In this document: positions 18,716 to 28,412 of the stretch, piece by piece
Numbering within the stretch: position 1 is the stretch's first letter
Layout of the letters: each line of letters starts with the position of its first letter
Sequence record: PP496443.1
Strand: one strand, 5' to 3'
Length of the DNA: 64,000 nt
Notes under the pieces: generated by a model
Database searches by the model: none
Told to the model about the DNA's origin: nothing
What the model saw: only the letters and a program-made list of their open reading frames with translations
Made by a program: the position numbers and the translations under genes

Positions 18716-18816
18716 CTGTACTTTTCTACCTTTTCCTCCCGACTTACTACCCCTTGGGCAAGCTAATTCCAAGCATGTCCAACGAAATATATAACCTGCT
18801 TTAGGAGTGCTACCAG

Positions 18817-21696
18817 ATGTATGTAATCCGCCGAGACGGAAGTCGTTCCTTGTTCCAGAGCGAGAAAATCCGGGCTGCTATCGAGCGAGCCTTCTTCGCG
18901 GTCCATGGTCGTGATGCTGATATTCCCACACAGACTGGCCGTGTCACTCAGGCAGTAGAGTCTGGCTTATCCAGTCAAGAATCTGTCCACATCGAAGTCA
19001 TTCAGGAAGGCGTACTCGCTGCGCTGATCGCGGAAGGCCACCCCCGCGTCGAGCATGCCTACCGCGTGTATCGAGACGCCCGCACTGCCCAGCGTGAGCT
19101 GCCCCAGGCTTACACTGACGAGAACGGTACTGCTATCAGCATCCCGGCTCTCACCGACATCCTCGCCCGCGTATCCTTCCGCCTGCCCTACGACGTGACG
19201 GTTCACTTGGACCTGGTGGCCGTGGCGCGCTCGGCGTTCCTGCAGATGTTCAACGGGATCAAGGCAGCTGACGTGCACAACGCACTGATCTTGGCAACCC
19301 GTGCGTTCATCGAGCGTGCCCCGGAGTACAGCAATCTGGCAGCGCAACTGCTGCTGGCCCAGACGGCGCGTGAAGTGTGGGACCTTGACGCCACCACGTA
19401 CCCCACCGCCGATACCTACGCCAAGTGCTACAAGCAGGATACCGTAAGGCTTCTGATTGTCGGCGTGAAAGACGGCATCTACGATCCCAAGCTGACCACT
19501 GGTGGCAGATTAGGATTTGACTTGGACCTCCTCCGGTCAGCAATCAAACCGGAACGTGACCTGCAGTTCGACTACTTGGGTTTGCAGACCCTGTACGACC
19601 GTTACTTCATCCGCCGCGCGGGCGAAGGCGTTCGTATCGAAATGCCACAGACGTTCTTCATGCGGGTGGCCATGGGTCTGGCGATCCTTGAAAGCGATCC
19701 AACGTCAGCGGCGCTTGAGTTCTACGATGTGCTATCCACGTTCGACTACATGGCCTCAACCCCCACCCTGTTCAACGCAGGCACCACGCACAGTCAGATG
19801 TCGAGTTGCTACTTGACTACGGTGCCGGACGACCTGCTGGGCATCTACGGCGCCATCCAAGACAACGCCATGCTGTCCAAGTACGCAGGTGGTCTGGGCA
19901 ACGACTGGACGCCGGTGCGTGCGCTGGGTAGCCTGATCAAGGGCACCAACGGCAGGTCGCAAGGCGTGGTCCCGTTCCTCAAGGTGGTTAACGACACCGC
20001 CGTCGCTGTGAACCAAGGCGGAAAGCGCAAGGGTGCCGTGTGTGCATACCTTGAAACGTGGCACATGGACATCGAAGAGTTCACCGAGCTGCGCAAGAAC
20101 ACAGGTGATGATCGTCGTCGTACCCACGACATGAACACCGCCAACTGGGTTCCTGACCTGTTCATGGATCGCCAGGTGAAGGACATGGATTGGACCTTGT
20201 TCACTCCGTCGGAATGCCCTGACCTCCATGAGCTGTACGGCGAGGCTTTCAAAGCCCGTTACGAGTTCTACGAGGCGGAAGCTGCCGCTGGCCGTATCCA
20301 GACCTTCAAGACCGTGCGCGCCAAGGACCTGTACCGCAAGATCCTGTCCATGATCTTCGAAACCGGCCATCCATGGATCACGTTCAAAGATCCGTGCAAC
20401 ATCCGCAGCCCTCAGAGCCACGTAGGCGTCGTGCATAGCTCCAACCTGTGCACCGAGATCACCCTGAACACGAAGTCCTCCATACCTGAACTCAAGGACG
20501 GTGAGACGGCCGTGTGCAACTTGGGTTCGATCAACCTGCCGCGCCACTTGAAATATGTGGGCGCGGGTGAAGTTGGCGCGGGACTGGACATCGACCACGA
20601 GAAGCTGAAACGCACCGTTACTCTGGCCGTGCGTATGCTGGACAACGTGATCGACATCAACTTCTACCCGACCAAGGAAGCGAAGAACAGCAACATGCGC
20701 CACCGTCCGATCGGTCTGGGTGTCATGGGCTTCCAAGACGTGTTGTACGCCAACAGCGTCGGATATGACAGCCCCCACGCCGAGTTCTGGGCGGGGTACT
20801 TCCAGCGTTCCATTGCTCTGTACGCCATCAACGCATCGGCTGACCTGGCCCAACTGCGCGGCGCGTACGAATCGTTCCAAGGTTCGGACTGGTCGATTGG
20901 TGTTCTTCCAGTGCACACGTTCCAAACCCAGATCGATATCCGTCGGCGTCAGGGCTTCAAGTTTGATGCTGCACAGAAAGCCCAAGATCTGGCTGACACC
21001 ATCGGCAAGACCAAGATCAACGGCAAGACGCTGGCCGATCTGGAAAGCTACTTGGCGAACAAGGTCACTCACGGCATGCGTAACAGCAACGTGATGGCGA
21101 TTGCGCCGACGGCTACCATCTCGAACATCGTCGGCGTGACTCAGAGCATTGAGCCTACGTACGAGCAGGTATTCGTCAAGGACAACCTGAGTGGCAAGTT
21201 CACCGTGATCAACCGCTTCTTGGTTGAGCAGCTGCGTAACTGCGGTCTGTGGGACTCGGACATGCTTGACCAGCTCAAGATGAACAACGGGTCCATTCAG
21301 GGCATCCCTGAAATCCCGGAAGGCATCAAGGACGTGTATCGCACTGCGTTCGAGTATGAGCCTGAGGTGCTGATCAACTGTGCCATCCAGCGTCAGATCC
21401 CAATCGATCAGGCACAGTCGCTCAATCTGTACATGGCGAACCCGTCGGGTAAGAAGCTGGCGAACACGTACGACTACGGCTTCGAGATTGGGTTGAAGAC
21501 CACGTATTACCTCCGCGCCAAGGCTGCGTCGTCCATCGAGAAGTCCACCAGTCGTACCGGCGGCGAGTTGAACAGCGTCAAGAACGCTGCGAAGGTAGAA
21601 GCCCCCGTTGCTGCTCCAATGCCGGAAGCTGAAGGTGCTGCATGCTTCCTGCGTCCAGGTGATCCGGGCTTTGCAGAGTGCGAAAGCTGCCAGTAG
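18817..21696 (+). CDS. nrdA: Ribonucleotide reductase class Ia alpha subunit with ATP-cone
   Basis: N-terminal VIRRDG cone; TPTLFNAG, SSCYL, SSNLCTEI, VCNLGS, APTATIS, LKTTYYLR and C-terminal CESCQ. Confidence 0.97.
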   Translation: MYVIRRDGSRSLFQSEKIRAAIERAFFAVHGRDADIPTQTGRVTQAVESGLSSQESVHIEVIQEGVLAALIAEGHPRVEHAYRVYRDARTAQRELPQAYTDENGTAISIPALTDILARVSFRLPYDVTVHLDLVAVARSAFLQMFNGIKAADVHNALILATRAFIERAPEYSNLAAQLLLAQTAREVWDLDATTYPTADTYAKCYKQDTVRLLIVGVKDGIYDPKLTTGGRLGFDLDLLRSAIKPERDLQFDYLGLQTLYDRYFIRRAGEGVRIEMPQTFFMRVAMGLAILESDPTSAALEFYDVLSTFDYMASTPTLFNAGTTHSQMSSCYLTTVPDDLLGIYGAIQDNAMLSKYAGGLGNDWTPVRALGSLIKGTNGRSQGVVPFLKVVNDTAVAVNQGGKRKGAVCAYLETWHMDIEEFTELRKNTGDDRRRTHDMNTANWVPDLFMDRQVKDMDWTLFTPSECPDLHELYGEAFKARYEFYEAEAAAGRIQTFKTVRAKDLYRKILSMIFETGHPWITFKDPCNIRSPQSHVGVVHSSNLCTEITLNTKSSIPELKDGETAVCNLGSINLPRHLKYVGAGEVGAGLDIDHEKLKRTVTLAVRMLDNVIDINFYPTKEAKNSNMRHRPIGLGVMGFQDVLYANSVGYDSPHAEFWAGYFQRSIALYAINASADLAQLRGAYESFQGSDWSIGVLPVHTFQTQIDIRRRQGFKFDAAQKAQDLADTIGKTKINGKTLADLESYLANKVTHGMRNSNVMAIAPTATISNIVGVTQSIEPTYEQVFVKDNLSGKFTVINRFLVEQLRNCGLWDSDMLDQLKMNNGSIQGIPEIPEGIKDVYRTAFEYEPEVLINCAIQRQIPIDQAQSLNLYMANPSGKKLANTYDYGFEIGLKTTYYLRAKAASSIEKSTSRTGGELNSVKNAAKVEAPVAAPMPEAEGAACFLRPGDPGFAECESCQ

Positions 21697-21721
21697 TCTG
21701 ATCCAGCTGTAATGTAAATGA

Positions 21722-21754
21722 TAGGGCGGGCAGGCAACTGTTTCCGCCCTATTT
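21722..21754 (+). other. Hairpin between nrdA and the nrdB-like gene
   Basis: TAGGGCGG/CCGCCCTA stem, short T run, directly after TGTAAATGA. Confidence 0.5.
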
Positions 21755-21780
21755 AATCTGTTGCACATGGGGCTTACCTT

Positions 21781-22566
21781 ATGAGTGCTGTACCTAATCG
21801 TGTGTCCCTAGTGGACAAGCGCATCTTCAACGGAAAGGCTGATGTCAACGCCTTGCTACCGCTTCGGTATCCGTGGGCCTATGACGCCTACGTGAACGCG
21901 AACAAGAACCACTGGCTTCCCGGCGACATCCACCTCGATCTGGATCGAGTCAACCATGAACATCAGTCGTACTGGCCTGCTGTCAGCCGGTTCCTGATCA
22001 GCGTAGCCCAGCGCGCCGAGATCGATCGACAGCACATGCTCTTCGTGTATCGGGCCACCACGGCGCCCGAGGTTCGTCAGCGCTTCCTCCGTATGGGTCA
22101 GGAAGACACCATTGCCATCATGCTGGCGCAAGACATGGGGCTGGCAATGGAAGACTTCATCCCGTCTCCAGAGGTGGTGTTGTACAAGACGGAGAAAGCC
22201 TATCTGGCCGGACTCATGGAACTGATCGAGCGCAAGCTCTTGTCCGTGGCCGAAGGCAAGTACATCCTCGAAGAAGTACCGGGGGTGCACCAGAATATCC
22301 GCAAAGCAGTTGAGAACATCCACCGGGACGTGGACTCTCAGTTGGACTTCCTGTTCACCCTGCTACGCACCTTCCTTGGCGAATGCGAGGTCAGCTCCTA
22401 CCGGGGTTGCAACACGCAAGCGTTCTGGCAGAGCAGCAACCAGTACCACGCCCACCTGAACTCGATTGTTCTGAACATTCTGACGGGGGCGCCGGTTACC
22501 CCCACGCCGTATCAGACGCAGGTGGTCGCAGACAACCAAACCAAAGACACACTGACCTGGGACTGA
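21781..22566 (+). CDS. Degenerate NrdB paralogue lacking metal and radical residues
   Basis: N-terminus DKRIFNGKADVNALLPLRYPWAY..NHWLP is NrdB-like; RMGQEDTIAIML replaces RQAxEEAxHTxxY; no second ExxH. Confidence 0.7.
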   Translation: MSAVPNRVSLVDKRIFNGKADVNALLPLRYPWAYDAYVNANKNHWLPGDIHLDLDRVNHEHQSYWPAVSRFLISVAQRAEIDRQHMLFVYRATTAPEVRQRFLRMGQEDTIAIMLAQDMGLAMEDFIPSPEVVLYKTEKAYLAGLMELIERKLLSVAEGKYILEEVPGVHQNIRKAVENIHRDVDSQLDFLFTLLRTFLGECEVSSYRGCNTQAFWQSSNQYHAHLNSIVLNILTGAPVTPTPYQTQVVADNQTKDTLTWD

Positions 22567-22568
22567 CT

Positions 22569-23543
22569 ATGACCGTTCTTACTCACGTAAACCCGCACGA
22601 ACATGAGTGGGCGTTGGAAAAGACCTTGGCATCAAACGCTAACCATTGGTTGCCCCAAGAGATCGGGCTGTCCACGGATATCCTGCAATGGAAGACCGGG
22701 CAGTTGAGCGACGACGAGATGCGCATGGTCAAGCGTAACCTCGGGTTCTTCTCCACCGCTGACTCGCTGGCCGCGAACAACATCATTCTAGGCACCATAC
22801 GTCACATCAAGAACAGGAACTGTCGCCACTACCTGTTCCGACAAGCGTATGAAGAGGCATTCCACACGGAGTCCTACGCGTATGTGATCGAGAGCCTTGG
22901 CTTGGATCAAGGTGAGATCTTCAACGCCTACAACGAGATAGAGTCGATCCGGGCTAAGGATGAATTCCTTCTGCCGTACATCGAGGTGCTGACTGATCCG
23001 GCGTTCCAAGCGGACACCATCGAGAACGTCCAGATCCTGCTCAAGTCGCTGTTCGCATTCGCGTGCATTATGGAAGGTCTGTTCTTCTACGTCGGCTTCG
23101 TTCAGATGCTATCGCTGGGCCGTCGCAACAAGCTGCCCGGTTCCTCGCAAGAGTTCCAGTACATCCTGCGTGACGAGAGCGGCCACTGCAACTTCGGTAT
23201 CGACCTGATCAACACGATCAAGCGCGAGTACCCAGGTGTGTGGACTACGGAACTCCAGAAGGAGTGCACCGACATGCTGCGCACTGGCGTTGACCTTGAG
23301 CAAGCCTACGCGGTAGACACTCTGCCCAACGGCGTGCTTGGTCTGAACGCTGGCAACACCCGCCAGTACCTGGAGTTCATCGCTGACCGCCGCTGCATTC
23401 AGGTGGGACTGCCGGTGCAGTACAACCAGAACGAGAACCCGTTTCCGTGGATGTCGGAAATGGTTGACTTGAACAATGAAGAGAACTTCTTCGAGAAGAA
23501 GGTCACGGCGTACCAGCAAGCCGCCGGACTGGAGTGGGATTAA
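22569..23543 (+). CDS. nrdB: Ribonucleotide reductase class I beta subunit
   Basis: NHWLPQE, FFSTADS, EEAFHTESY (radical Tyr), MEGLFFY, RDESGH and NFFEKKVTAYQ; start moved to ATG 22569. Confidence 0.93.
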   Translation: MTVLTHVNPHEHEWALEKTLASNANHWLPQEIGLSTDILQWKTGQLSDDEMRMVKRNLGFFSTADSLAANNIILGTIRHIKNRNCRHYLFRQAYEEAFHTESYAYVIESLGLDQGEIFNAYNEIESIRAKDEFLLPYIEVLTDPAFQADTIENVQILLKSLFAFACIMEGLFFYVGFVQMLSLGRRNKLPGSSQEFQYILRDESGHCNFGIDLINTIKREYPGVWTTELQKECTDMLRTGVDLEQAYAVDTLPNGVLGLNAGNTRQYLEFIADRRCIQVGLPVQYNQNENPFPWMSEMVDLNNEENFFEKKVTAYQQAAGLEWD

Positions 23544-23544
23544 C

Positions 23545-23646
23545 ATGATCTATACATGTCCGAAGTGCAACAGGCTCCATTCAGATGGAACAAGTAACTT
23601 TGAGCTGGTCGTTCTGTGCCGCTATTGCAACCCGCTGAAGGGGTAA
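23545..23646 (+). CDS. 33-aa zinc-finger micro-protein (CPKC...CRYC)
   Basis: GGAG upstream; starts 1 nt after the nrdB stop; two CxxC; not in ORF track. Confidence 0.55.
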   Translation: MIYTCPKCNRLHSDGTSNFELVVLCRYCNPLKG

Positions 23647-23659
23647 TACGGTCCGGTAA

Positions 23660-23691
23660 ATAGGGGAGTGAGCAATCGCTTCCCTATTTTT
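23660..23691 (+). terminator. Intrinsic terminator with GCAA loop
   Basis: ATAGGGGAGTGA-GCAA-TCGCTTCCCTAT plus TTTT; overlaps CGGTAAATAG. Confidence 0.75.
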
Positions 23692-23707
23692 ATGTCTGGA
23701 GTCTTCT

Positions 23708-24142
23708 ATGAAGCGGCCAGTGTGGGTCACTTTGACCGGTAAGACCAAGCAACACAACGTCCCCTACCAGATCGATCAGCGCTACGTGCGTGAATGGGTG
23801 CACTGGGGGCTGAAGATGCAGCCAACGCAGTTTCCACCTCCATCGGACACGCTGGTAGGTTCCCACTCCGCGTCGTGGAAGTTCTGGGACATCCGCAGGT
23901 TCTACTTGTGGAGCGTCAAGTGCACTTGCATCTACACTGGTGAAGTGCACCACCTTGGCGGCGGTTCGTGGCTGACCAAGTCTCAAGCGAAAGTCCTGCA
24001 AGACGACGGGATCGAGCTGGGCGTCTTGTTGAATACCATTCCAGAGTGGGTGGTGGACATGGGACTGCTCAAGCCTTGGTGCTTCGTACAGGACCTGTTC
24101 GCGTTCCGTAATCCCTTCCCTCAACGGGAGAAGAACAAATGA
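23708..24142 (+). CDS. Trp-rich hypothetical protein
   Basis: GGAG SD; operonic. Confidence 0.65.
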   Translation: MKRPVWVTLTGKTKQHNVPYQIDQRYVREWVHWGLKMQPTQFPPPSDTLVGSHSASWKFWDIRRFYLWSVKCTCIYTGEVHHLGGGSWLTKSQAKVLQDDGIELGVLLNTIPEWVVDMGLLKPWCFVQDLFAFRNPFPQREKNK

Positions 24143-24468
24143 ATGCCAAACCCACCCCAAAGATGCGGCGCAAGGTATACGCCGAGCTGGCGGTCCCCAA
24201 GGAAGAGCCGGGGCAGAATAAAGCCAAGATCCGTTTCGCCGTCGGGGATAGCGTTACTCAAGGTTACGTGGAGCGGCATACGGATAAGATGTATGCCAAC
24301 TTCGAAGCTCTGGTTCAGGCGGTCAAGCTTGATATCAAGACCACCCCCGAAGTTTCTGATCTGCGGAGTGAAATCGACGACATCATGGAAGAAGCCCACG
24401 CCAAGGTTATTGACGTGCTGGTCCGTGAAGGCATCATCGAGCGTCCGACCCTACCCCACTACGATTAG
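24139..24468 (+). CDS. Hypothetical protein
   Basis: ATGA overlap with previous gene. Confidence 0.65.
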   Translation: MNAKPTPKMRRKVYAELAVPKEEPGQNKAKIRFAVGDSVTQGYVERHTDKMYANFEALVQAVKLDIKTTPEVSDLRSEIDDIMEEAHAKVIDVLVREGIIERPTLPHYD

Positions 24469-24475
24469 GTGATTT

Positions 24476-24775
24476 ATGTCGGACTGCTTTGTGGTACATG
24501 CCGAAGCGATGTACGCAGCCCCTGTACCCATCAAGGTGTTCCGGCGCAAGTACAAAGCCAAACTCTTCATCAAAGAACTACGCGCGTATCATGCGCAGCG
24601 TCCCGTCTTACCCTCCACGTTCAACGAGTTAGGTGTGGGGTATCCCGAAAGCATCTACGCCGCGCACATGGATGCGTACCACATGGATCACATGGACTGG
24701 TCTAGTTCCCATCCGGCGGGTATGGCCGGAGAAGGTGCTGACGACTTCACATTCACCCAATTACCTTTGGAATAG
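24476..24775 (+). CDS. Hypothetical protein
   Basis: AGGT SD; operonic. Confidence 0.6.
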   Translation: MSDCFVVHAEAMYAAPVPIKVFRRKYKAKLFIKELRAYHAQRPVLPSTFNELGVGYPESIYAAHMDAYHMDHMDWSSSHPAGMAGEGADDFTFTQLPLE

Positions 24776-24778
24776 AAA

Positions 24779-25930
24779 ATGAACGATGATCTGAAAATCA
24801 CAGAGGTTAACTCTGTGAAGGAATACGATGAGCACGTGGAAGAGCTGCTGCTGACCTTGTTGGGGCTGGGTTCTTCCACTACCCGCAACGACCAAGGCAC
24901 CCGCAAGATCGGCGCCACGTCGATCAGCTTCAACCTGCTGTCGATGTACCCTTCGATCCCGATGACCACGCTACGCCCGATCTCGTGGGCCAGTATCCTC
25001 GGCGAGCTGTTGGGCTTCATCCGTGGCGAGACCAACGTGCAAGCGTTCAAAGACCTCGGCACCAACGTATGGAACGCTAACGCCAAGGAACCCGCATGGA
25101 AGAACGATCTGCTGGCGCCGAACGAAGGCGACCTCGGGCCGATCTACGGCAAGCAGTGGCGCAAGTGGGAAGATATCAAGTTGGCGGATTATGGACGTGA
25201 CCTGTCTCCACTGGGTTACACGCAGGTAGGGTGGATGAATGACGGTAATTGGGACGCCGTAGGTTCTCCTCCTCCCGGTGTCTGGCGCCGCGAAGTAGAC
25301 CAGTTGATGGAAGCCTTGAACCGCATCAAGGCCAACCCCAACGACCGTCGCGCTGTCATCTCGGCGTGGAATCCCGGTGACATGGATTTCATGGCTCTGC
25401 CTCCTTGTCACGTGATGATGCAGCTGACCACGGTGCCTTATGCCCAGCACAAGTACGGCACCTACACAGATGGTGCCAGCGACTTCGAGATCGACTTCAA
25501 CGAGAACTACTCGGAGCAGGTGGTATCGGATACCGTCGAGCCTAATCTCAGTGGAGAGACGGTGCCCCGGTACGCACTCAATCTGGTTGTGACCCAGCGC
25601 AGCCAAGACACCCTGCTCGGTCGGGCGTACAACATCCCGGCGTACGCCACTCTGCTTCGCCTGTTCGCCCATCTGCTGGAAATGGCACCGGGCAACCTGG
25701 AGTTCAACGTCGGCGACCAGCATTTGTACAGCAACCATGAAAAGGCGGCTGACGAGATTACTGACCGCGAAAGTCTGGACAAGGATGAAGAAGGCGAAAA
25801 GCTATTCCAACTCTCTATCGTTGGCGTGGACAAGTTCAAAGATCTGGACACCCTCACCGCCGACAATTTCATTCTGACTAATCAGGTTACGCATGATAAG
25901 TTGGAATCCGACACCAAGATGACTGTGTAA
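24779..25930 (+). CDS. thyA: Thymidylate synthase (ThyA family)
   Basis: ELLGFIRG, LGPIYGKQWR, SAWNPG, LPPCH (catalytic Cys), QRSQD, YN and GDQHLYSNH; two insertions. Confidence 0.93.
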   Translation: MNDDLKITEVNSVKEYDEHVEELLLTLLGLGSSTTRNDQGTRKIGATSISFNLLSMYPSIPMTTLRPISWASILGELLGFIRGETNVQAFKDLGTNVWNANAKEPAWKNDLLAPNEGDLGPIYGKQWRKWEDIKLADYGRDLSPLGYTQVGWMNDGNWDAVGSPPPGVWRREVDQLMEALNRIKANPNDRRAVISAWNPGDMDFMALPPCHVMMQLTTVPYAQHKYGTYTDGASDFEIDFNENYSEQVVSDTVEPNLSGETVPRYALNLVVTQRSQDTLLGRAYNIPAYATLLRLFAHLLEMAPGNLEFNVGDQHLYSNHEKAADEITDRESLDKDEEGEKLFQLSIVGVDKFKDLDTLTADNFILTNQVTHDKLESDTKMTV

Positions 25931-25941
25931 GGGGAATCGCC

Positions 25942-26664
25942 ATGAGCACCAATTCACCAATCAACGCCCGTATCCTCAACCTGAAACCCCGTTCCGTTCA
26001 AGTCTATGACTTGATCTTGGACGACACGGACGACCGCACACTGCCCGAACAGATGCGCAGTGTGCTTCAAGGTATTTTCGATAACCACCCTGCAACCGAA
26101 TACGGTGAGAAGAGTACGGTTATCGACACCGAACACCTGACCAAAGCAACCATCGTCGCTGTCATCTACGACCCGAGCATTCGAGTCGCCTACCTGGTCG
26201 GGCAGGAACGTCGGGATGAAATGATCTCCGGCGCTTTCCCCGGCAAGCCGATGAACCCCGACTTCTACCTGAGTACTGACGCTCAAGAGTGGACGTCGGC
26301 CTTCTTCAACATCAACGGCAATTGCCTGAAAGACCTGACCGAAGACACGCTGTTCGGCTGGTTCGCCAATGCCATCGAGCGCGGCAAGTCAGACGGAGTC
26401 AGCGATACCTACAACACGCTGGGCATCGTTCAGCCCGGCCTGCAAGGTATCAAGAAGGGCATCCCGCTGATGTCCCTGATCGAGGCCGGCATCATTCCGC
26501 ACACTGCGTACTGGTCTGATCCGCAGGCGCCTGAATACGTCAAGTGGCTGGAGAAACAAGGTCGTATGGCTGGTCACATTGCAACGGCTATGTCGGTTGC
26601 AGACCTGCTCGCCGAGAAGCGCGATTACGAATCCAATGATCCGAAACAGGATGAGGAGGTATAA
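25942..26664 (+). CDS. Hypothetical protein
   Basis: AAGGGG SD; operonic. Confidence 0.65.
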   Translation: MSTNSPINARILNLKPRSVQVYDLILDDTDDRTLPEQMRSVLQGIFDNHPATEYGEKSTVIDTEHLTKATIVAVIYDPSIRVAYLVGQERRDEMISGAFPGKPMNPDFYLSTDAQEWTSAFFNINGNCLKDLTEDTLFGWFANAIERGKSDGVSDTYNTLGIVQPGLQGIKKGIPLMSLIEAGIIPHTAYWSDPQAPEYVKWLEKQGRMAGHIATAMSVADLLAEKRDYESNDPKQDEEV

Positions 26665-26666
26665 GC

Positions 26667-27743
26667 ATGCAACAGTCATCTGGTCGTCAAGAGATGTTCC
26701 TGTCCCGCCCGGAAGAAGTCCGGGTTCATTACATCGCCCACGGTGAGTCGGTAGACGACGCCATGGTAGAAGTCCGCAAGGCGTATCCCGGCATTCGTTC
26801 TCCGGACTACTGGGTAACTCCCGGTGAAGACGCCACCGTCATCCTGATCTACATGCGCAGCGGTCAGGTTATCGTGGTGGACAACGAACACCTGCCGCGC
26901 TTCGTCATTCAGGTTCCGCTGCGCGCAGACGGGTGCTTCGCCGTATCCCCGGATCATATCAATGGTATCGTCGAAGACCACGGAATCATGTTCGGTGCCT
27001 TCGAGAACAACACCGTCGCCAGCCTCAAGGTGAAGGGTACGGCGTTCCGAGTCCAAGGTGAATCTGGGTGCATTGACCCGGCTGCATTCCGACATGACCT
27101 AGGTGAAACTTATGCCATCGAGAATGCCAAGGACAAGATGTATGCGCTGGAAGGTTATGCACTGGCGCGTATGCTTGGTCTGGCTGGGTTGACCACGGTT
27201 GATACCACTGCCGAGTATCAGACGGGCTTTACCCTCGACGGCAAGCAACAGATCATGTTCCCGGACTATGCTCACCGCGAGCCAGACGGAGGCGTGGGCA
27301 CGGATGAAGTGGAGGAAGGTGTAGAGGATAGCACCACCCGTGTAGACGAACTACTCGAAGGTTTGGTCAGTGGCGAACCCTACAAGGAGCATGACTACTA
27401 CATTCTGGCACTTGATCTTCTCACTCGCGCTGCCGAGAAGTGCTGGAATGAAACCGTGGAGAACGGTGGTGACCGCATGACCAGCGCCATTGTGTTTCCC
27501 GGCGTGCACGATACGCTGCGGATGCGCGACATGGGGACTTACCTGCTGGACATCAATGCCAAGGTGCAAGGGGTAACGGAAAACAAGGCCATGTTCTTCC
27601 AGTGCACGATGCCCGGCGTCCATGGAGTTAACCTTGTCCTGATGAACAAGGAGATCGGTGCGACGATGTACCCAGGCGATGACGGTTACTTCCAGTTGCC
27701 TCGGAACTTCCCGATGACCAACTACTTCGTCGATCTGACGTAA
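26667..27743 (+). CDS. Protein containing a phage Gp49/Gp66-like domain
   Basis: VQGESGCIDPAAFRHDLGETYAIENAKDKMYALEGY resembles the GxSxCxxPxNF..GxxIA..NA..KIWxLEGY pattern. Confidence 0.6.
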   Translation: MQQSSGRQEMFLSRPEEVRVHYIAHGESVDDAMVEVRKAYPGIRSPDYWVTPGEDATVILIYMRSGQVIVVDNEHLPRFVIQVPLRADGCFAVSPDHINGIVEDHGIMFGAFENNTVASLKVKGTAFRVQGESGCIDPAAFRHDLGETYAIENAKDKMYALEGYALARMLGLAGLTTVDTTAEYQTGFTLDGKQQIMFPDYAHREPDGGVGTDEVEEGVEDSTTRVDELLEGLVSGEPYKEHDYYILALDLLTRAAEKCWNETVENGGDRMTSAIVFPGVHDTLRMRDMGTYLLDINAKVQGVTENKAMFFQCTMPGVHGVNLVLMNKEIGATMYPGDDGYFQLPRNFPMTNYFVDLT

Positions 27744-27802
27744 TAGGCCTGTTTTAGCTACTTCCAAGTATCGAACGAATAGTTTTGCACTTGGAGGTAG
27801 TT

Positions 27803-28213
27803 ATGAAAAGCCGGGTAGGGATTCCGGTCGGGGAAACCTTGGTTTTCGAAGATAGGACCAATGCTAACAATCTTGGTCAGCTCTATAAGATCACCGTTAA
27901 GAACGTGGTGTTCCATCACATTCAAGGTGAACTCGCCCGGACCGTAGAATTGTGTATGGAGATCGTGGATGGGAAAGGTGTTGTCGCTCGGCAACAGACT
28001 TTCTTCACCCAGCAGAACAGTCCTTTCCCGTTTGGTAAGCTCTCGCTAACCGTGGGGATGGTCAGCAAGTCAAGAGTCAGCAAGTCCATGGTAATCCTGG
28101 CCTGCATTCACCCGCACTGGATGAAAGTGTACCCGGAGAACCAAAGCTTCCCGCTCACCACGCGGGACGTGATCAATCATGAGCCTGAGTTGAAAGCCCA
28201 AGCATGTGTATAA
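27803..28213 (+). CDS. Hypothetical protein
   Basis: GGAGG SD before ATG 27803. Confidence 0.6.
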   Translation: MKSRVGIPVGETLVFEDRTNANNLGQLYKITVKNVVFHHIQGELARTVELCMEIVDGKGVVARQQTFFTQQNSPFPFGKLSLTVGMVSKSRVSKSMVILACIHPHWMKVYPENQSFPLTTRDVINHEPELKAQACV

Positions 28214-28225
28214 GCAGCGACCCAC

Positions 28226-28262
28226 GCCCGCCCCGGTAGCCCCGAGGTGGGCTTTCCCGTTT
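28226..28262 (+). terminator. Probable terminator, near copy of 13917
   Basis: GCCCGCC..TAGCCCCGAGGTGGGCTTT shared with the 13917 element; interrupted T-tract. Confidence 0.55.
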
Positions 28263-28294
28263 TAGGGTCTTGAAAAATATTTTATACTGCCCAC

Positions 28295-28323
28295 TTGACA
28301 CTATGAAATATACCTGACATAAT
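28295..28323 (+). promoter_or_regulatory. Sigma70-type promoter P3
   Basis: AT-rich UP-like tract; TTGACA-17-CATAAT with TGn extension; followed by GGTGCCATG. Confidence 0.8.
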
Positions 28324-28412
28324 GGTGCCATGCTGGGGCTTCATGGGCTGGTAAACAATGATGCCAGCAACCCCACCATCACCACTACCGATGTCCTTTA
28401 GGAGATGCACCG

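Noticed and set aside
18716-18816. NrdR box upstream of nrdA
   Set aside because: The AT-rich stretch GAAATATATAAC does not fit the palindromic consensus well enough
757-21696. Inteins or homing endonucleases in terL or nrdA
   Set aside because: No C...HN splice motifs or LAGLIDADG/HNH signatures; NrdA length is normal for a cone-bearing class Ia enzyme
19756-21768. 670-aa minus-strand ORF (also 796-1845, 16532-17764, 49942-51684 and others)
   Set aside because: These lie antisense to well-supported genes, lack motifs and SDs, and are expected shadows of strong codon bias in GC-rich DNA
21781-23543. nrdB split by a frameshift or intron
   Set aside because: Both ORFs contain the same NHWLP region and the second has all catalytic motifs, so duplication fits better
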